A stretch of 64,000 bases of DNA from positions 11,842 through 75,841 of the forward strand of contig JBDRSE010000199.1 of assembly GCA_043825095.1 (NCBI GenBank). The letters run 5' to 3'. The notes below the pieces were generated by a model. It made no database searches. It saw only the letters and a list, made by a program, of their open reading frames with translations, and had not been told where the DNA came from. The translations under genes were made by a program, and so were the position numbers. Origin of the DNA: a bacterium. GTDB lineage: Bacteria; Myxococcota_A; Polyangia; HGW-17; JAJRWW01. Below, in pieces: positions 24,558 through 34,335 of this stretch (positions are counted from its first letter, which is position 1; each line of letters starts with the position of its first letter).

Positions 24558-27500
24558 CTACGGATCGGGTTTCGACAGACAGCGGTGTTTCCTCGGTCGG
24601 GGCCGACGAACTGCGCGGCCCCGGTCCCAGGTCGCCGGGAAGGCCGCCCAGATTCGTCGCATGACCGAGCAGTCGTCCTGATGGAAGATGGTGAGGTCGA
24701 TGGAGGCGGTGTCGGCCAGCTCCGTTGCGACGTAGAGACGTCGGCCGATTCGCCGGAGAAGATGCACGGGGCCGTGCAGGCGCCGCCGCGCCAGGAGCGT
24801 GCCGGTGTTCCGATTCCAGAGCCCGGCGGTGCCGTCCTGAAAGCCCACGGCCAGGGTTCCTTGCGGCCCCTCGGCCAGGTGGGTCACCGGACGAGCCGGA
24901 GTGTTTTCCAAGGGCCGGTGCCGCAGTTTGCCGCGGCGCGCCCGCGGTGCCAGCTCGATGGTACCGTCCCGGTGACCGAGGATTAGCAGCTCCGCGGTGA
25001 GCATCATGGCGGTGACACCGGGATCCACGGCGGTCTTGCCAGCGGGGCGTCCCTGCGGATCGAGCTCGTGAACCGCCGAGCGGGTGGCCACCAGGAGTCG
25101 CCCCCGAGACAGGGCGATCACACCGGCCCCGGAGGGAACGAGGGTCTGCTTGACCTTGCCGGGCCCGAGCACGAGGCTCACGCTTCCCCGGGCGAGCCCG
25201 GCGACGCCCCCGGCAAAGGGGACCACCTTCTCGATACCCGGCCACCTCGTGCTCCAGCGTCTGATCCCGCGCCGGACGTCCCAGAGCTCGACGCGGTCCC
25301 GTTGCGGAACGAGCGCGACACGGCCGCCGTCTTGGGAGAGCGCCGCGTGGAGCACGCCGCGGTGGATCGCAGTGATCAGCCGCGCCTCCTCCGGGTCGGT
25401 GGGTTTGCCGAGGGGCGCGCCGCGCGTTCCGAAACCCTGCAGGGTAATCAGCCCCCGGCCGGTGATCAGGCGCGGCCGCTCGCCACCGAGCAGGAGCGGG
25501 GCGCGCCAGCGCGGTCGCCCCTCGGGGAGCTCCCAGAGCCGCACGGTGGTGTCGTCGCTGCCGGAGGCAAGCAGGTTGCCGTGGGGACCGAAGGTGACGC
25601 GGTTCACGTCCATGCTGTGCCCGGACAGGGCCAGGAGGAGCTTGCCGCTGGCCACGTCCCAAACGCGGATTCGACGGTCCCGGCTGGCCGCCGCCACTTT
25701 TTTGGAGTCGGGGCTGATCGCGACTCCCCAGAGGTAGTCGGTGGATCCGCGCAGAACCCGCGCCTTGCCCGTGCTCCTGTCCCAGAGTCGCACGGTGGTG
25801 TCGTAGCTGGCCGAGGCGATGAACGCGCCCGACGGCGCGAAGGCGACGGCGGACACGCGATGCGTGTGGCCGCGTAGGACCCGCGCTTTCCCCGTTTCGA
25901 CGTCCCACAACCGCACGGTCCGGTCCCAGGCCGCCGAGGCGATGTGCCTGCCGTCCGGCGCGTAGGCCACACCGAACACGCGGCCGGTGTGGCCGCGAAA
26001 CACACGGGCCTCTCCGCTGGCCACGTTCCAGATACGTATGGTCCGGTCCCAGCTCCCCGAGGCGATGTGCCTGCCGTCGGGCGCGTAGGACAGCCCGTAG
26101 ATCCGGCCGGTGTGTCCGCGCAACACCCGGCTGCTCCCGGTCCGCAGATCCCACAGGCGCACGGTTTGATCCCAGGAGGCGGAGGCGAGCTGCCGTCCGT
26201 CCGACCGGTAGGCGACCTCGATGACCCGGGCTGTGTGCCCCTTCAGCGGTGACGATTGACCGGTGCGCAGGTTCCACAGACGGACGGTGCGATCCTGGCT
26301 CGCAGAGGCGAGCTGCTCGCCGTCCGGGCTGAAGGCCACGCCGGACACCCATCCCTCGTGCCCGCTGGCGAAGCGCCGGGGTGGAGTGCGCAGATCCCAG
26401 AGCTTCATGGTTCGATCGTAGCTGCCCGAGGCCAGCAGGCGACCGGAGCCGCTGAAGCCGAGGCTGCTCACCTGGTCGGCATGAAAGCCGAGGAGTCGGG
26501 TTTCTCCGTTGCGCAGGTTCCGCAGCCGCACGGTGCGGTCGGTGCCCCCCGAGGCGATGCTGTCGCCGCGTGGATCGAAGGCGAGACAGGTGACCGCGCC
26601 GCGGTGTCCGCGCAGCACCCGATGCTCGTTTCGGTCGAGATTCCAGACCCGGACGGTGCCGTCCTCACTCCCAGACGCGAGCCCCGCTCCACTGGGTTTG
26701 CTCGCGACCGTGACCACGCTGTCCGTGTGTCCGGTGAGCGCGCGGCTCGTGCCCCGTCGGAGGTCCCAGACCCGGACGGTGCGGTCCTCGCCTCCGGAGA
26801 AGAGCCGATCGCCGGACGGCGCGAAGCTCACGGCGTTGACGCGCCCATTGTGCCCCCGCAGCGTGGTCACGCCCTTGCGGCTCAGGGACCAGATCTTGAT
26901 GGTGGCGTCACCGGAGGCCGATGCGACGCGATTTCCGGTGGGATCGAAGGCCACGCCGTAGACGCGATCGAGGTGCCCGGTGAGGATGCGGGAGCGGCCG
27001 GTTCGTAGGTCCCAGAGGCGAACGTTTCCGTCCCCGGCCCCGGAGGCCAGGCGGCGGCCGTGCGGTCCGAAGGCGAGGCTGAAGACCTCCTTGCGGTGCC
27101 CGCGCAGCACGCGGACCGCGCCGGTGGTCCAGTCCCAGAGCCGGATGGTGCCGTCGTAGGCGCCGGTCGCCACGAGGGAGCCGTCCGGCGCCGCGGCCAC
27201 GGAGAAAACCGACTCCGGGTGCTGGGCCCGGAATTTGAGCTGCCGGTTCCGCAGGGTCGCGAAGAGCGCGCGGGCGCCCACCGAGTCCGACACCTCGAAG
27301 GAGGCCCGGAGCTTGGCCCGGGATTCGGCGAAGGCGCGGCGGAGCAGGGCGGCTTGCGCGCCTTCGAGCAGCGCCAGTGACAGCCGCGACCGGGCTTTGG
27401 CCCGCGCCGCCAGCGCCTCGCTGCGGGCCTGCTGGGCGCGCCGCTCCTTCGCCCGGATCCACATGAAGGCGGCGACGGCCAACCCGAACAGCAGGAGGCC

Positions 27501-30179
27501 GCCCACCAGGCCGAACCGGAGCCGCGCCAGCCGTACTGACTGCGCCCGGGCCTCGCGCGCGCTCCGGGTGATGAACTGCTCGAGCTCCTCGGGCAGCGGG
27601 TCGCTGCGGCGCTCACGCCAGTCGATCGCCTCGGCCAGCGAGAGTCCTCTCCACAGGTCCTCGGCGCGTCGCCCACGTCGCTTCCACTGCTCCACGGCGG
27701 CCTGGAGATCGGCTTGCAGGTTCACGTCCTCGAGGCTCTCCTCGCGCCACCGGCGGAGCTGCTCCCAGCGGTTGATGAGGGATTCGTGCACCAGCTCCAG
27801 CAGGGACACCGAACGGTCGCCGGCCAGGGCCCGGCGGCTGGCTACCAGGCGCGCGGCGACCAGGTGCGCCACCGCCTCGGCGGCGCCGGCCCCCACCTGT
27901 GCGATGAGCCGGTCCTCCTGGGCCGTGGCGCGTGTGCCGTCCGGTGTGACGAGGCTGACGAGCACCTCGGGTGCCGCCCGGGCCGCGTCGCCGACGAGCC
28001 CTGACAGGACCTGGTCCGCGTGCTCGGCCAGCGCACCGGCCACGCCACCGATGGCTTCGTAGGTGGAGCGGCAGAGAACCTTGCGATCCCGATCCCGGCC
28101 CTCCCACAGCCGCTGAGCGGCGAACTGCAGGAGCGGGAGGCCGGACTGTTCCTGGGCCACCTCGGCCACCATTTCCCCGACGAGCTCGTCGTCTTCGAAC
28201 CGGTACCCCCGGCGCGCCAGCGGCCGGGTGAGGGTGTCGTGGAGCGCGGTGGGGCCGGGTGTGCGGATCACCACGATGCCTCGGGCCACCTCGGCCACGA
28301 ACTCCGGGAACACCGCCAGGCGACCCAGGAAGTCCTCGCGCAGGGTGAGCACCACCCGCACCGGGCCGTCCGGATCATCCGCCGCGAAGAGCAATGCCTG
28401 GCAGAAGGCCGCGCGCTCCTCAGGATCCTCCACCAGGGTGAAGAGCTCCTCGAACTGGTCCACGACGAGGATCACGTTCCCGGAGGTGCGGTGCGCGCGC
28501 TCGCGGAGCAGGCGACCCAGTTGGGCCGGAGAATCGCGCAGCTCTTGGGCCAGCTCCCGGCGCGTCTGCACCTGACCCGGATCCGGGAGGGCCGGGGCGC
28601 TCTCGGTGCTCGTCGTTTCCTGGAGCAGTCGGCCGGCAATGGCGAGCAGCGGGGTCGCGCCCGGGCGCAGCACGATGGGGTCCCAGGGCCCGAGCTGTTC
28701 GAGCCGGGGCACGACGCCCGCCTGTACGAAGGACGACTTGCCGGCTCCGGAGGGGCCGACCACCGCCACCAGCGCAGCCTCTCTCAGCCGTTCCACGAAC
28801 GCGGCGCTCTCCGGGTCCCGCCCGAAGAACAGGTCGGCATGGGCACGGCGAAAGGGCATCAAACCGCGAAATGGGCTCTTGTCCTCGTCCTCCTGCGTTC
28901 GTGCGCGACCGCCGCTGTGCAGGGAGAGCTCGTCGGCGATGGCCGACGCGCTCGGGCGCTGGGTGGGGTCCCGGTGCAGGCACCGCTCGCAGAGGAGGGC
29001 CAGGGCGCGGGGGAGTTTGGGATCCAGCGCCAGCGGTGACGGTGTGGGCCGCTCTTCGTCGGTCACCTGCTCATAGATCGCCACCGGGGAGCCCTGGTAG
29101 GGTCGCTCGCCGCACAACGCCTCGAACAGCGTCACGCCGAAGGCCCAGATGTCCGTGGCCGGCCCGAGCTCCTCTTGGCGCCACTGCTCGGGGGCCATGT
29201 AGGGGGCCGTGCCGCGGAGGGCCGAGTGATGCTCCTGGTTGTCCAGCGCTGCGGTGGGGATGTTGTCTTCCTCCCGGAGCGTGTCCAGAGGCTGTAGCGG
29301 CGGCCGGTGGACCAGCCGGGAGAGGCCGAAGTCCAGCACGCGCAGCCGCCCGTCCCTCGGCAGGAAGATGTTCTCCGGTTTCAGATCGCAGTGCAGGATA
29401 GACTGCCGATGGGCCTCTGCCAGGGCTTGTGCCACGCGTCGAGCCACCAGGACCGCCTCCCCGGTGGCGAGGCGGCCGTGGCGGAGGCGGACGCGTAGCG
29501 AGATGCCCGGCAGGTACTCGAGGGCGACGTAGGGGCAGCCGCGCACCTGGCCGAGCCCATAGATGGTCACGATGTTTGGGTGGTTGAAACGCGCCGTGGC
29601 GCGGGCCTCGAACAGGAATCGCTCCACGGCGCCGGCGGACGCGACGAGGTGGGGGTGTACGACCTTGATCGCCACCTTCCGCCCGAGCAGGGCGTCCCGC
29701 GCCAGGTACACCGCGCCCATACCGCCCTGACCGACGGCGCGTACGATCTCGTACTGATCCACCCGCTCGCCGGGGTCGAGGAGCTGATCGGAATGGCGCT
29801 CGCGTGGTGACTCCGAAAGGCCTTCGTCCTGCTGCAGCGTGGGCTCCGTTCCGGAGCTGGCGGCGTCCACGGCTTGGTTGTCCGAGCGGGCGACCTCGAG
29901 GGTTTCGCCGGCGGCCTGCTGCGCCTCGGCCTCGCTGATCAGGGTGAAGAGCTCTTGCGGCGACAGCGTCTCGCGGTCCGGGTCCACCGGATCCGGAGTG
30001 TCGGTTTCGGCGGTCGCCGCCCGTTCGGCCATCTCCTCCAGCAGCCGTACCGCCCGCTGGCCGAGCGCCAACCCGCGGACCTGGAGCGCTCGAATCTGGC
30101 CGGCGCGCAGCGTTGCGGCGTCGGAGTCCAGTCCGATGGCCTCGAGTAGCAGGCGTAGACGGTCGGTTTCGGTGGACAT
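24558..30179 (-). CDS. Ser/Thr protein kinase - STAND (nSTAND-like P-loop NTPase) - TM segment - 14x WD40 - degenerate C-terminal propeller
   Basis: Kinase: [42 protein letters not shown]. Walker A: [21 protein letters not shown]. Walker B-like: [13 protein letters not shown] hydrophobic segment [20 protein letters not shown] follows, then 14 tandem WD40 units (..ASGS.D.TVRLWDL). ATG 30179 is preferred over TTG 30212. Confidence 0.9.
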   Translation of the reverse strand: MSTETDRLRLLLEAIGLDSDAATLRAGQIRALQVRGLALGQRAVRLLEEMAERAATAETDTPDPVDPDRETLSPQELFTLISEAEAQQAAGETLEVARSDNQAVDAASSGTEPTLQQDEGLSESPRERHSDQLLDPGERVDQYEIVRAVGQGGMGAVYLARDALLGRKVAIKVVHPHLVASAGAVERFLFEARATARFNHPNIVTIYGLGQVRGCPYVALEYLPGISLRVRLRHGRLATGEAVLVARRVAQALAEAHRQSILHCDLKPENIFLPRDGRLRVLDFGLSRLVHRPPLQPLDTLREEDNIPTAALDNQEHHSALRGTAPYMAPEQWRQEELGPATDIWAFGVTLFEALCGERPYQGSPVAIYEQVTDEERPTPSPLALDPKLPRALALLCERCLHRDPTQRPSASAIADELSLHSGGRARTQEDEDKSPFRGLMPFRRAHADLFFGRDPESAAFVERLREAALVAVVGPSGAGKSSFVQAGVVPRLEQLGPWDPIVLRPGATPLLAIAGRLLQETTSTESAPALPDPGQVQTRRELAQELRDSPAQLGRLLRERAHRTSGNVILVVDQFEELFTLVEDPEERAAFCQALLFAADDPDGPVRVVLTLREDFLGRLAVFPEFVAEVARGIVVIRTPGPTALHDTLTRPLARRGYRFEDDELVGEMVAEVAQEQSGLPLLQFAAQRLWEGRDRDRKVLCRSTYEAIGGVAGALAEHADQVLSGLVGDAARAAPEVLVSLVTPDGTRATAQEDRLIAQVGAGAAEAVAHLVAARLVASRRALAGDRSVSLLELVHESLINRWEQLRRWREESLEDVNLQADLQAAVEQWKRRGRRAEDLWRGLSLAEAIDWRERRSDPLPEELEQFITRSAREARAQSVRLARLRFGLVGGLLLFGLAVAAFMWIRAKERRAQQARSEALAARAKARSRLSLALLEGAQAALLRRAFAESRAKLRASFEVSDSVGARALFATLRNRQLKFRAQHPESVFSVAAAPDGSLVATGAYDGTIRLWDWTTGAVRVLRGHRKEVFSLAFGPHGRRLASGAGDGNVRLWDLRTGRSRILTGHLDRVYGVAFDPTGNRVASASGDATIKIWSLSRKGVTTLRGHNGRVNAVSFAPSGDRLFSGGEDRTVRVWDLRRGTSRALTGHTDSVVTVASKPSGAGLASGSEDGTVRVWNLDRNEHRVLRGHRGAVTCLAFDPRGDSIASGGTDRTVRLRNLRNGETRLLGFHADQVSSLGFSGSGRLLASGSYDRTMKLWDLRTPPRRFASGHEGWVSGVAFSPDGEQLASASQDRTVRLWNLRTGQSSPLKGHTARVIEVAYRSDGRQLASASWDQTVRLWDLRTGSSRVLRGHTGRIYGLSYAPDGRHIASGSWDRTIRIWNVASGEARVFRGHTGRVFGVAYAPDGRHIASAAWDRTVRLWDVETGKARVLRGHTHRVSAVAFAPSGAFIASASYDTTVRLWDRSTGKARVLRGSTDYLWGVAISPDSKKVAAASRDRRIRVWDVASGKLLLALSGHSMDVNRVTFGPHGNLLASGSDDTTVRLWELPEGRPRWRAPLLLGGERPRLITGRGLITLQGFGTRGAPLGKPTDPEEARLITAIHRGVLHAALSQDGGRVALVPQRDRVELWDVRRGIRRWSTRWPGIEKVVPFAGGVAGLARGSVSLVLGPGKVKQTLVPSGAGVIALSRGRLLVATRSAVHELDPQGRPAGKTAVDPGVTAMMLTAELLILGHRDGTIELAPRARRGKLRHRPLENTPARPVTHLAEGPQGTLAVGFQDGTAGLWNRNTGTLLARRRLHGPVHLLRRIGRRLYVATELADTASIDLTIFHQDDCSVMRRIWAAFPATWDRGRAVRRPRPRKHRCLSKPDP
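25525..27215 (-). repeat. Tandem array of 14 WD40-encoding units (period about 120-126 nt) inside the kinase-STAND gene
   Basis: Protein-level repeats were counted by eye from [28 protein letters not shown] to [28 protein letters not shown]. This is coding repeat sequence, not a CRISPR array. Confidence 0.8.
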
Positions 30180-30335
30180 GGTGATCGTCCCGGGGTCGGT
30201 CCCCTGGCGCAAGCCTACGCGATGCGGTCTCGGCCTTCAACACCGGGCGGTCCGCAGGCTCCCCGGTTCGGGTGTGGTTCCCTGCGATCGAGGCCGCGGG
30301 CAGCTCAACTTCCGCGCCCCCCCGCTCCACGCACC

Positions 30336-30364
30336 TTGCTCCTGCAGGGGGCAGCCCGTACAAT
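30336..30364 (+). promoter_or_regulatory. Sigma-70-type promoter candidate (TTGCTC-17 nt-TACAAT) implying a near-leaderless DUF697 mRNA
   Basis: The -10 TACAAT ends 10 nt before ATG 30375. No Shine-Dalgarno sequence fits in between. Confidence 0.35.
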
Positions 30365-30374
30365 TCGTATTCCC

Positions 30375-30869
30375 ATGGATCTCGAGCTCATCGAACGGGA
30401 CGGCTCCGCCGAACGGATCATCCTCCGGCACACCAAGAGCGCCATGCTCCGCGGCGCGATTCCGGTGCCGTTCCTCGATCTGGCCTTTGTGAGCGCCGTA
30501 CATGTCGACCTGCTGATGGAGCTCGCGCGGGTGTATCAGGTGGAGCTCGAGGGGCGGATCGCCCGGACGGTCGCGACCTCGGTCACCGGCGCCGTCGCCG
30601 GGCTGACGGTGGCGCGCATCAGCGCCAGCCTCGTCAAGGCGCTGCCCTTCGGCTGGACCACCGGCGCGCTCACCCAGGTCCTCGTCTCGGGCGCCACCAC
30701 CTACGCGCTGGGCCGTCTCGTCAAGCGGCTGTTTCGTGAGAACCGGCCGCTGGAGGAGCTCGATCTCCGGCTGATCGGCGACGAGCTCAAGGAGAATTTC
30801 ACCGCCGGCCTGCTCACCGCCCGGAAGCTCCTCGCGCAGGTCAAGTCGTTGCCCGGCCCCCGCAGGTAG
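30375..30869 (+). CDS. DUF697 (YcjF/YcjC-like) domain protein, stand-alone
   Basis: Start reset to ATG 30375. IILRHTKSAMLRGAIPVPFLDLAFVSAVHVDLLMELARVYQV... followed by hydrophobic helices (TGAVAGLTVARISASLVKALPFGW..., VSGATTYALGRLV) fits the DUF697 pattern. Confidence 0.55.
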   Translation: MDLELIERDGSAERIILRHTKSAMLRGAIPVPFLDLAFVSAVHVDLLMELARVYQVELEGRIARTVATSVTGAVAGLTVARISASLVKALPFGWTTGALTQVLVSGATTYALGRLVKRLFRENRPLEELDLRLIGDELKENFTAGLLTARKLLAQVKSLPGPRR

Positions 30870-31020
30870 GACTGGTGAAATAACGGACTTTTAGGCAAAG
30901 GATTGCCGGAAGACCGCAACCTGACATATCCTGGAGAAGCAGAGCTCGATGGGACGGTGCCTCCGACTGGACGGTCGGGGGGGCTGCCATCACACCTGAA
31001 AGCAAGCTCGGGAGAGACTG

Positions 31021-34000
31021 ATGAGACGCGAACCGTTTGGACTGGCACTGCTAATTACTGTCGTCTTGGCCATTGCGGGAGCCGGTTGCGGGGGCTACAC
31101 GGCGAGCGGCAACGACAATAACAACAACGACGGCAACAGCAACGACTGTGACGGCGGTGGTTGTGTGACAGACAAGGCGAACGGCGAGGCCTGCGCCGCC
31201 GGCAGCGAGTGCGCCAGCGGGTTCTGTCCCACCGCGGACGGCGTGTGCTGTGACGCTGCCTGCAACACCTTGTGCCTGGCGTGTCTCGAGTCGAAGACCG
31301 GAGACGCCGACGGAACCTGCGCCCCGGTCACCGCCGACACGGACCCCGACGGTGAGTGCGCGGACCTGGGGCCTGAGAGCTGCGGTGGAGATGGCTCGGG
31401 CTGCAACGGCGATGCGGTGGCGCCGGGCTGCAATCTGTACGATTCGTCCACCGTGTGTGAGGACGCCGACTGCACGGCGGGCGTGCAGACGCCGGCTCGC
31501 TACTGTGATGGGGCGGGGACCTGCGAGGTGGCGACGCCGGCGAATTGCGAGCCGTTCGCCTGTAACGCCGCGGGCACGGCGTGCCTGGCGAGCTGTGGCG
31601 GGGACGGGGACTGTGACGCGAGCAGCTACTGCGATGGGGCCGGGGCGTGTGTGCCCAAGTCCGGCGACGGCACGGCGTGCACGGACGACCGGCAGTGCTT
31701 GAACGGCCACTGTGTGGACGGGCTTTGCTGCGACGCGGCCTGCGATTCCACCTGCGAGGCCTGTGACGCAGCCCGGACCGGGGGAGCCGACGGCGTCTGC
31801 GGTCCGGTGCTGGTGGACACCGATCCGGACGGTGAATGCACCGCCGAGGGCCCGGCCACCTGCGGCATCGACGGCACGGGCTGCAACGGCAGCGCCACGT
31901 CGCCCGGGTGCAACCTGTACGACGGGACGACCATGTGCGCGGTGGCCGGCTGCAGCGGCTCCACGCTCACCCTCCCTGGTTTCTGTGACGGCGCCGGGAC
32001 GTGCGGCGCCGGGGCGAGCACGCCGTGCGATCCCTACCTCTGCGATCCGGGCGGCACGGCGTGCCGCACGAGCTGCATCAGTCACACCGACTGCAGCGCA
32101 ACCGCGTATTGCGATGGAATGGGCACCTGCGCCCCGAAGCTTCAGAACGGCGCAGCCTGCGCCATCGGACTCCAGTGCGCGAGCGGTTTCTGCCCCCCCT
32201 TTGACGGAGTCTGCTGCGACCTGGCGTGTGACGGCACCTGCGAGGCGTGTTTGGCGTCCAAGACCAACGCCGCGGACGGAACCTGCGCGGCAGTGGACCA
32301 AAACACCGACCCGGACGGTGAGTGCTCCGACGCGGGGGCCGCGAGCTGTGGCGCCAACGGCACGGGGTGCAACGGCAACAGCGGCTCCCCGGGCTGCAAC
32401 GTGTACAGCTCCTCCACGGTCTGCGCCGCGCCCGGCTGCAGCAACGGCGTGGAGGGCGGGACGCGGTATTGTGACGGCCTCGGCACCTGCCAGACGGCGG
32501 GGTCGATCCTGTGTGATCCCTATGTCTGTAACTCCGGTGGGACAGCGTGCCTCACGAGCTGCGCCGCCCACGCCGACTGCATGACGGGCTTCTACTGTGA
32601 CGGCACCGGCGTGTGCCAGCCCAAGCTCGCCAACGGCGGGGTGTGCGCCATTGGTGTGCAGTGCCTGAGCGGCCTCTGTCCGGCCCAGGACGGGGTGTGT
32701 TGCGACGCGGCTTGCGGCGGCACCTGCGAGGCCTGCACCGCGGCCAAGACGGGCGGCACGGACGGCACGTGCGGACCCGTGACCGCGAGCACGAACCCGG
32801 ACGGGGAGTGCACCGGGGCGGACACCTGCAACGGCGCCGGGGCCTGCGGCTGCGCGGACGGCGTTCAGAACGGCGCGGAAACGGACATCGACTGCGGCGG
32901 CGGCGTGTGCTCGCCCTGCAGCCAGGGGCAGACCTGCGTCGCCGGGACCGACTGCGTGAGCGGGAACTGCCCGGCCGGGGACGGCGTTTGCTGCAACCTG
33001 CCCTGTTCGGGCCCCTGCGTGGCCTGCACCGCGGCCAAGACGGGCGGCACAGACGGCACGTGCAACCCGGTGACCGGTGGTGCGGATCCGGACAACGACT
33101 GCACCGGCGCCGACGTGTGCAACGGCTTCGGCGTTTGTCGGTGCACCGACGGCCTGGTCAACGGCTCGGAAACCGACACGGACTGCGGCGGCGGCGTTTG
33201 CCCCGCCTGCGCCGGCGGACAGCACTGCAACGCGCCGTCGGACTGCGCCAACGGGATCTGTCCGGCCGACGACGGGGTGTGCTGCGACGCGGCCTGCAAC
33301 GCGACCTGTGAGTCGTGCCTGGGTGCAAACACGGGGGGCGCGGACGGCACCTGCGACTTCGTGACCGTGAACACCGATCCCGACGCCGAGTGCCCCCTCG
33401 ATCAGTGTGACGGCGCCGGGACCTGCTACGACGCCTGCTCCACGGTGAGCTGCCTCACCGACGCCGACTGCACCCCCGGGGCCACAGCGGATCTCTGTCT
33501 CGACGTCGCCGACGACTGCCAGCGGACCGCCTGCGTCGGCGCGACCCCGGGCACCGATGTGGAGGCCGGGGCGCCGATGTCGGAGGACTTCAACACCTGG
33601 CAGCCTGGCGACGACGAGTCCGGGCGCGGAAGCGAGTACTGGTACTGCAACGCCACCCTCCCGGTGACCGCTGCCGGCACGCTGACCAACTGGGAGCTGT
33701 ACGTCGACAACAACGGGGGCAACGGGGAGGTGGCCCAGCTCGCGGTGATCCGTTGCACGACCGGCGGCGGGGGCAGCGGGGGGCCCGTGCTCGGCGGCTG
33801 CAGCCGGGTAGGGCTCGGTCCCATGCAGTCGGTCACCGGCGACGGGCTGCACACCTATACGCTCGCAGGCTCCACCCAGCTCGACGGCGCGGCAGCGGAT
33901 CCCCTCGGGATCGTGGTGCAGCCCGGCGACATCATCTGCGCCGATGCCAATTTCTATGACATCGGCATCGACTGCAACGCCAGCTCGACCACCGGCGGCT

Positions 34001-34254
34001 GTCCGGGCCCCACGTTCAACACGCAGTACTATGCGAACCTCGACACCGTGGGCGAGCCCTTCACGATCTGGGACTCCACCCACAACGGCACGCTGATGAT
34101 CAAGGCCTACGGCTCGACCCCGACCGTGCCCGGCACCTGCTCGGACCTCGACCCTGAGCCGGACACGACGCTGTGCTCCGGCTCCGGCGGCGCGGACACC
34201 TGCTGCTCGGGCGCCTGCATCGTCGGCCCCGGCGGCGCGGGGACCTGCAACTGA
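31021..34254 (+). CDS. Large Cys-rich modular secreted protein (probable lipoprotein) with a non-repetitive C-terminal domain of about 280 aa
   Basis: Signal: MRREPFGLALLITVVLAIAGAGCGG. A module of the form C-x5-C-x-SG-x-C-x3-DG(V/L)CC(D/N)-x2-C-x3-C-x2-C...(A/T)DG(T/V)C.PV...DPD.EC recurs six times. The first three copies are followed by a second Cys-rich submodule of about 100 aa. Confidence 0.85.
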   Translation: MRREPFGLALLITVVLAIAGAGCGGYTASGNDNNNNDGNSNDCDGGGCVTDKANGEACAAGSECASGFCPTADGVCCDAACNTLCLACLESKTGDADGTCAPVTADTDPDGECADLGPESCGGDGSGCNGDAVAPGCNLYDSSTVCEDADCTAGVQTPARYCDGAGTCEVATPANCEPFACNAAGTACLASCGGDGDCDASSYCDGAGACVPKSGDGTACTDDRQCLNGHCVDGLCCDAACDSTCEACDAARTGGADGVCGPVLVDTDPDGECTAEGPATCGIDGTGCNGSATSPGCNLYDGTTMCAVAGCSGSTLTLPGFCDGAGTCGAGASTPCDPYLCDPGGTACRTSCISHTDCSATAYCDGMGTCAPKLQNGAACAIGLQCASGFCPPFDGVCCDLACDGTCEACLASKTNAADGTCAAVDQNTDPDGECSDAGAASCGANGTGCNGNSGSPGCNVYSSSTVCAAPGCSNGVEGGTRYCDGLGTCQTAGSILCDPYVCNSGGTACLTSCAAHADCMTGFYCDGTGVCQPKLANGGVCAIGVQCLSGLCPAQDGVCCDAACGGTCEACTAAKTGGTDGTCGPVTASTNPDGECTGADTCNGAGACGCADGVQNGAETDIDCGGGVCSPCSQGQTCVAGTDCVSGNCPAGDGVCCNLPCSGPCVACTAAKTGGTDGTCNPVTGGADPDNDCTGADVCNGFGVCRCTDGLVNGSETDTDCGGGVCPACAGGQHCNAPSDCANGICPADDGVCCDAACNATCESCLGANTGGADGTCDFVTVNTDPDAECPLDQCDGAGTCYDACSTVSCLTDADCTPGATADLCLDVADDCQRTACVGATPGTDVEAGAPMSEDFNTWQPGDDESGRGSEYWYCNATLPVTAAGTLTNWELYVDNNGGNGEVAQLAVIRCTTGGGGSGGPVLGGCSRVGLGPMQSVTGDGLHTYTLAGSTQLDGAAADPLGIVVQPGDIICADANFYDIGIDCNASSTTGGCPGPTFNTQYYANLDTVGEPFTIWDSTHNGTLMIKAYGSTPTVPGTCSDLDPEPDTTLCSGSGGADTCCSGACIVGPGGAGTCN
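31177..33420 (+). repeat. Internal coding repeats: three long units of about 165 aa, then three short units of about 95 aa
   Basis: The DG(V/L)CC(D/N) landmark occurs six times (ADGVCCDAAC, VDGLCCDAAC, FDGVCCDLAC, QDGVCCDAAC, GDGVCCNLPC, DDGVCCDAAC), with conserved flanking Cys spacing. Confidence 0.7.
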
Positions 34255-34335
34255 CCCAATAGACCTGGGGATGGCTTCGTGCGTTGAATGGGGAGCCGTC
34301 CGTCCACATGCCAGCCGTCGAAGGAGGTCAGATTC

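Noticed and set aside
24493-26352. N-terminal 620-aa extension of the DnaJ ORF (track ORF 23368-26352)
   Set aside because: The extension is an out-of-frame read-through across the WD40 region of the upstream gene. DnaJ begins with a canonical [12 protein letters not shown] at ATG 24492.
25525-33420. Regular tandem repeats considered as possible CRISPR or non-coding arrays (WD40 units 25525-27215; Cys-rich units 31177-33420)
   Set aside because: Both are in-frame coding repeats with conserved protein motifs. They have no short identical direct repeats with unique spacers, and no cas genes are present.
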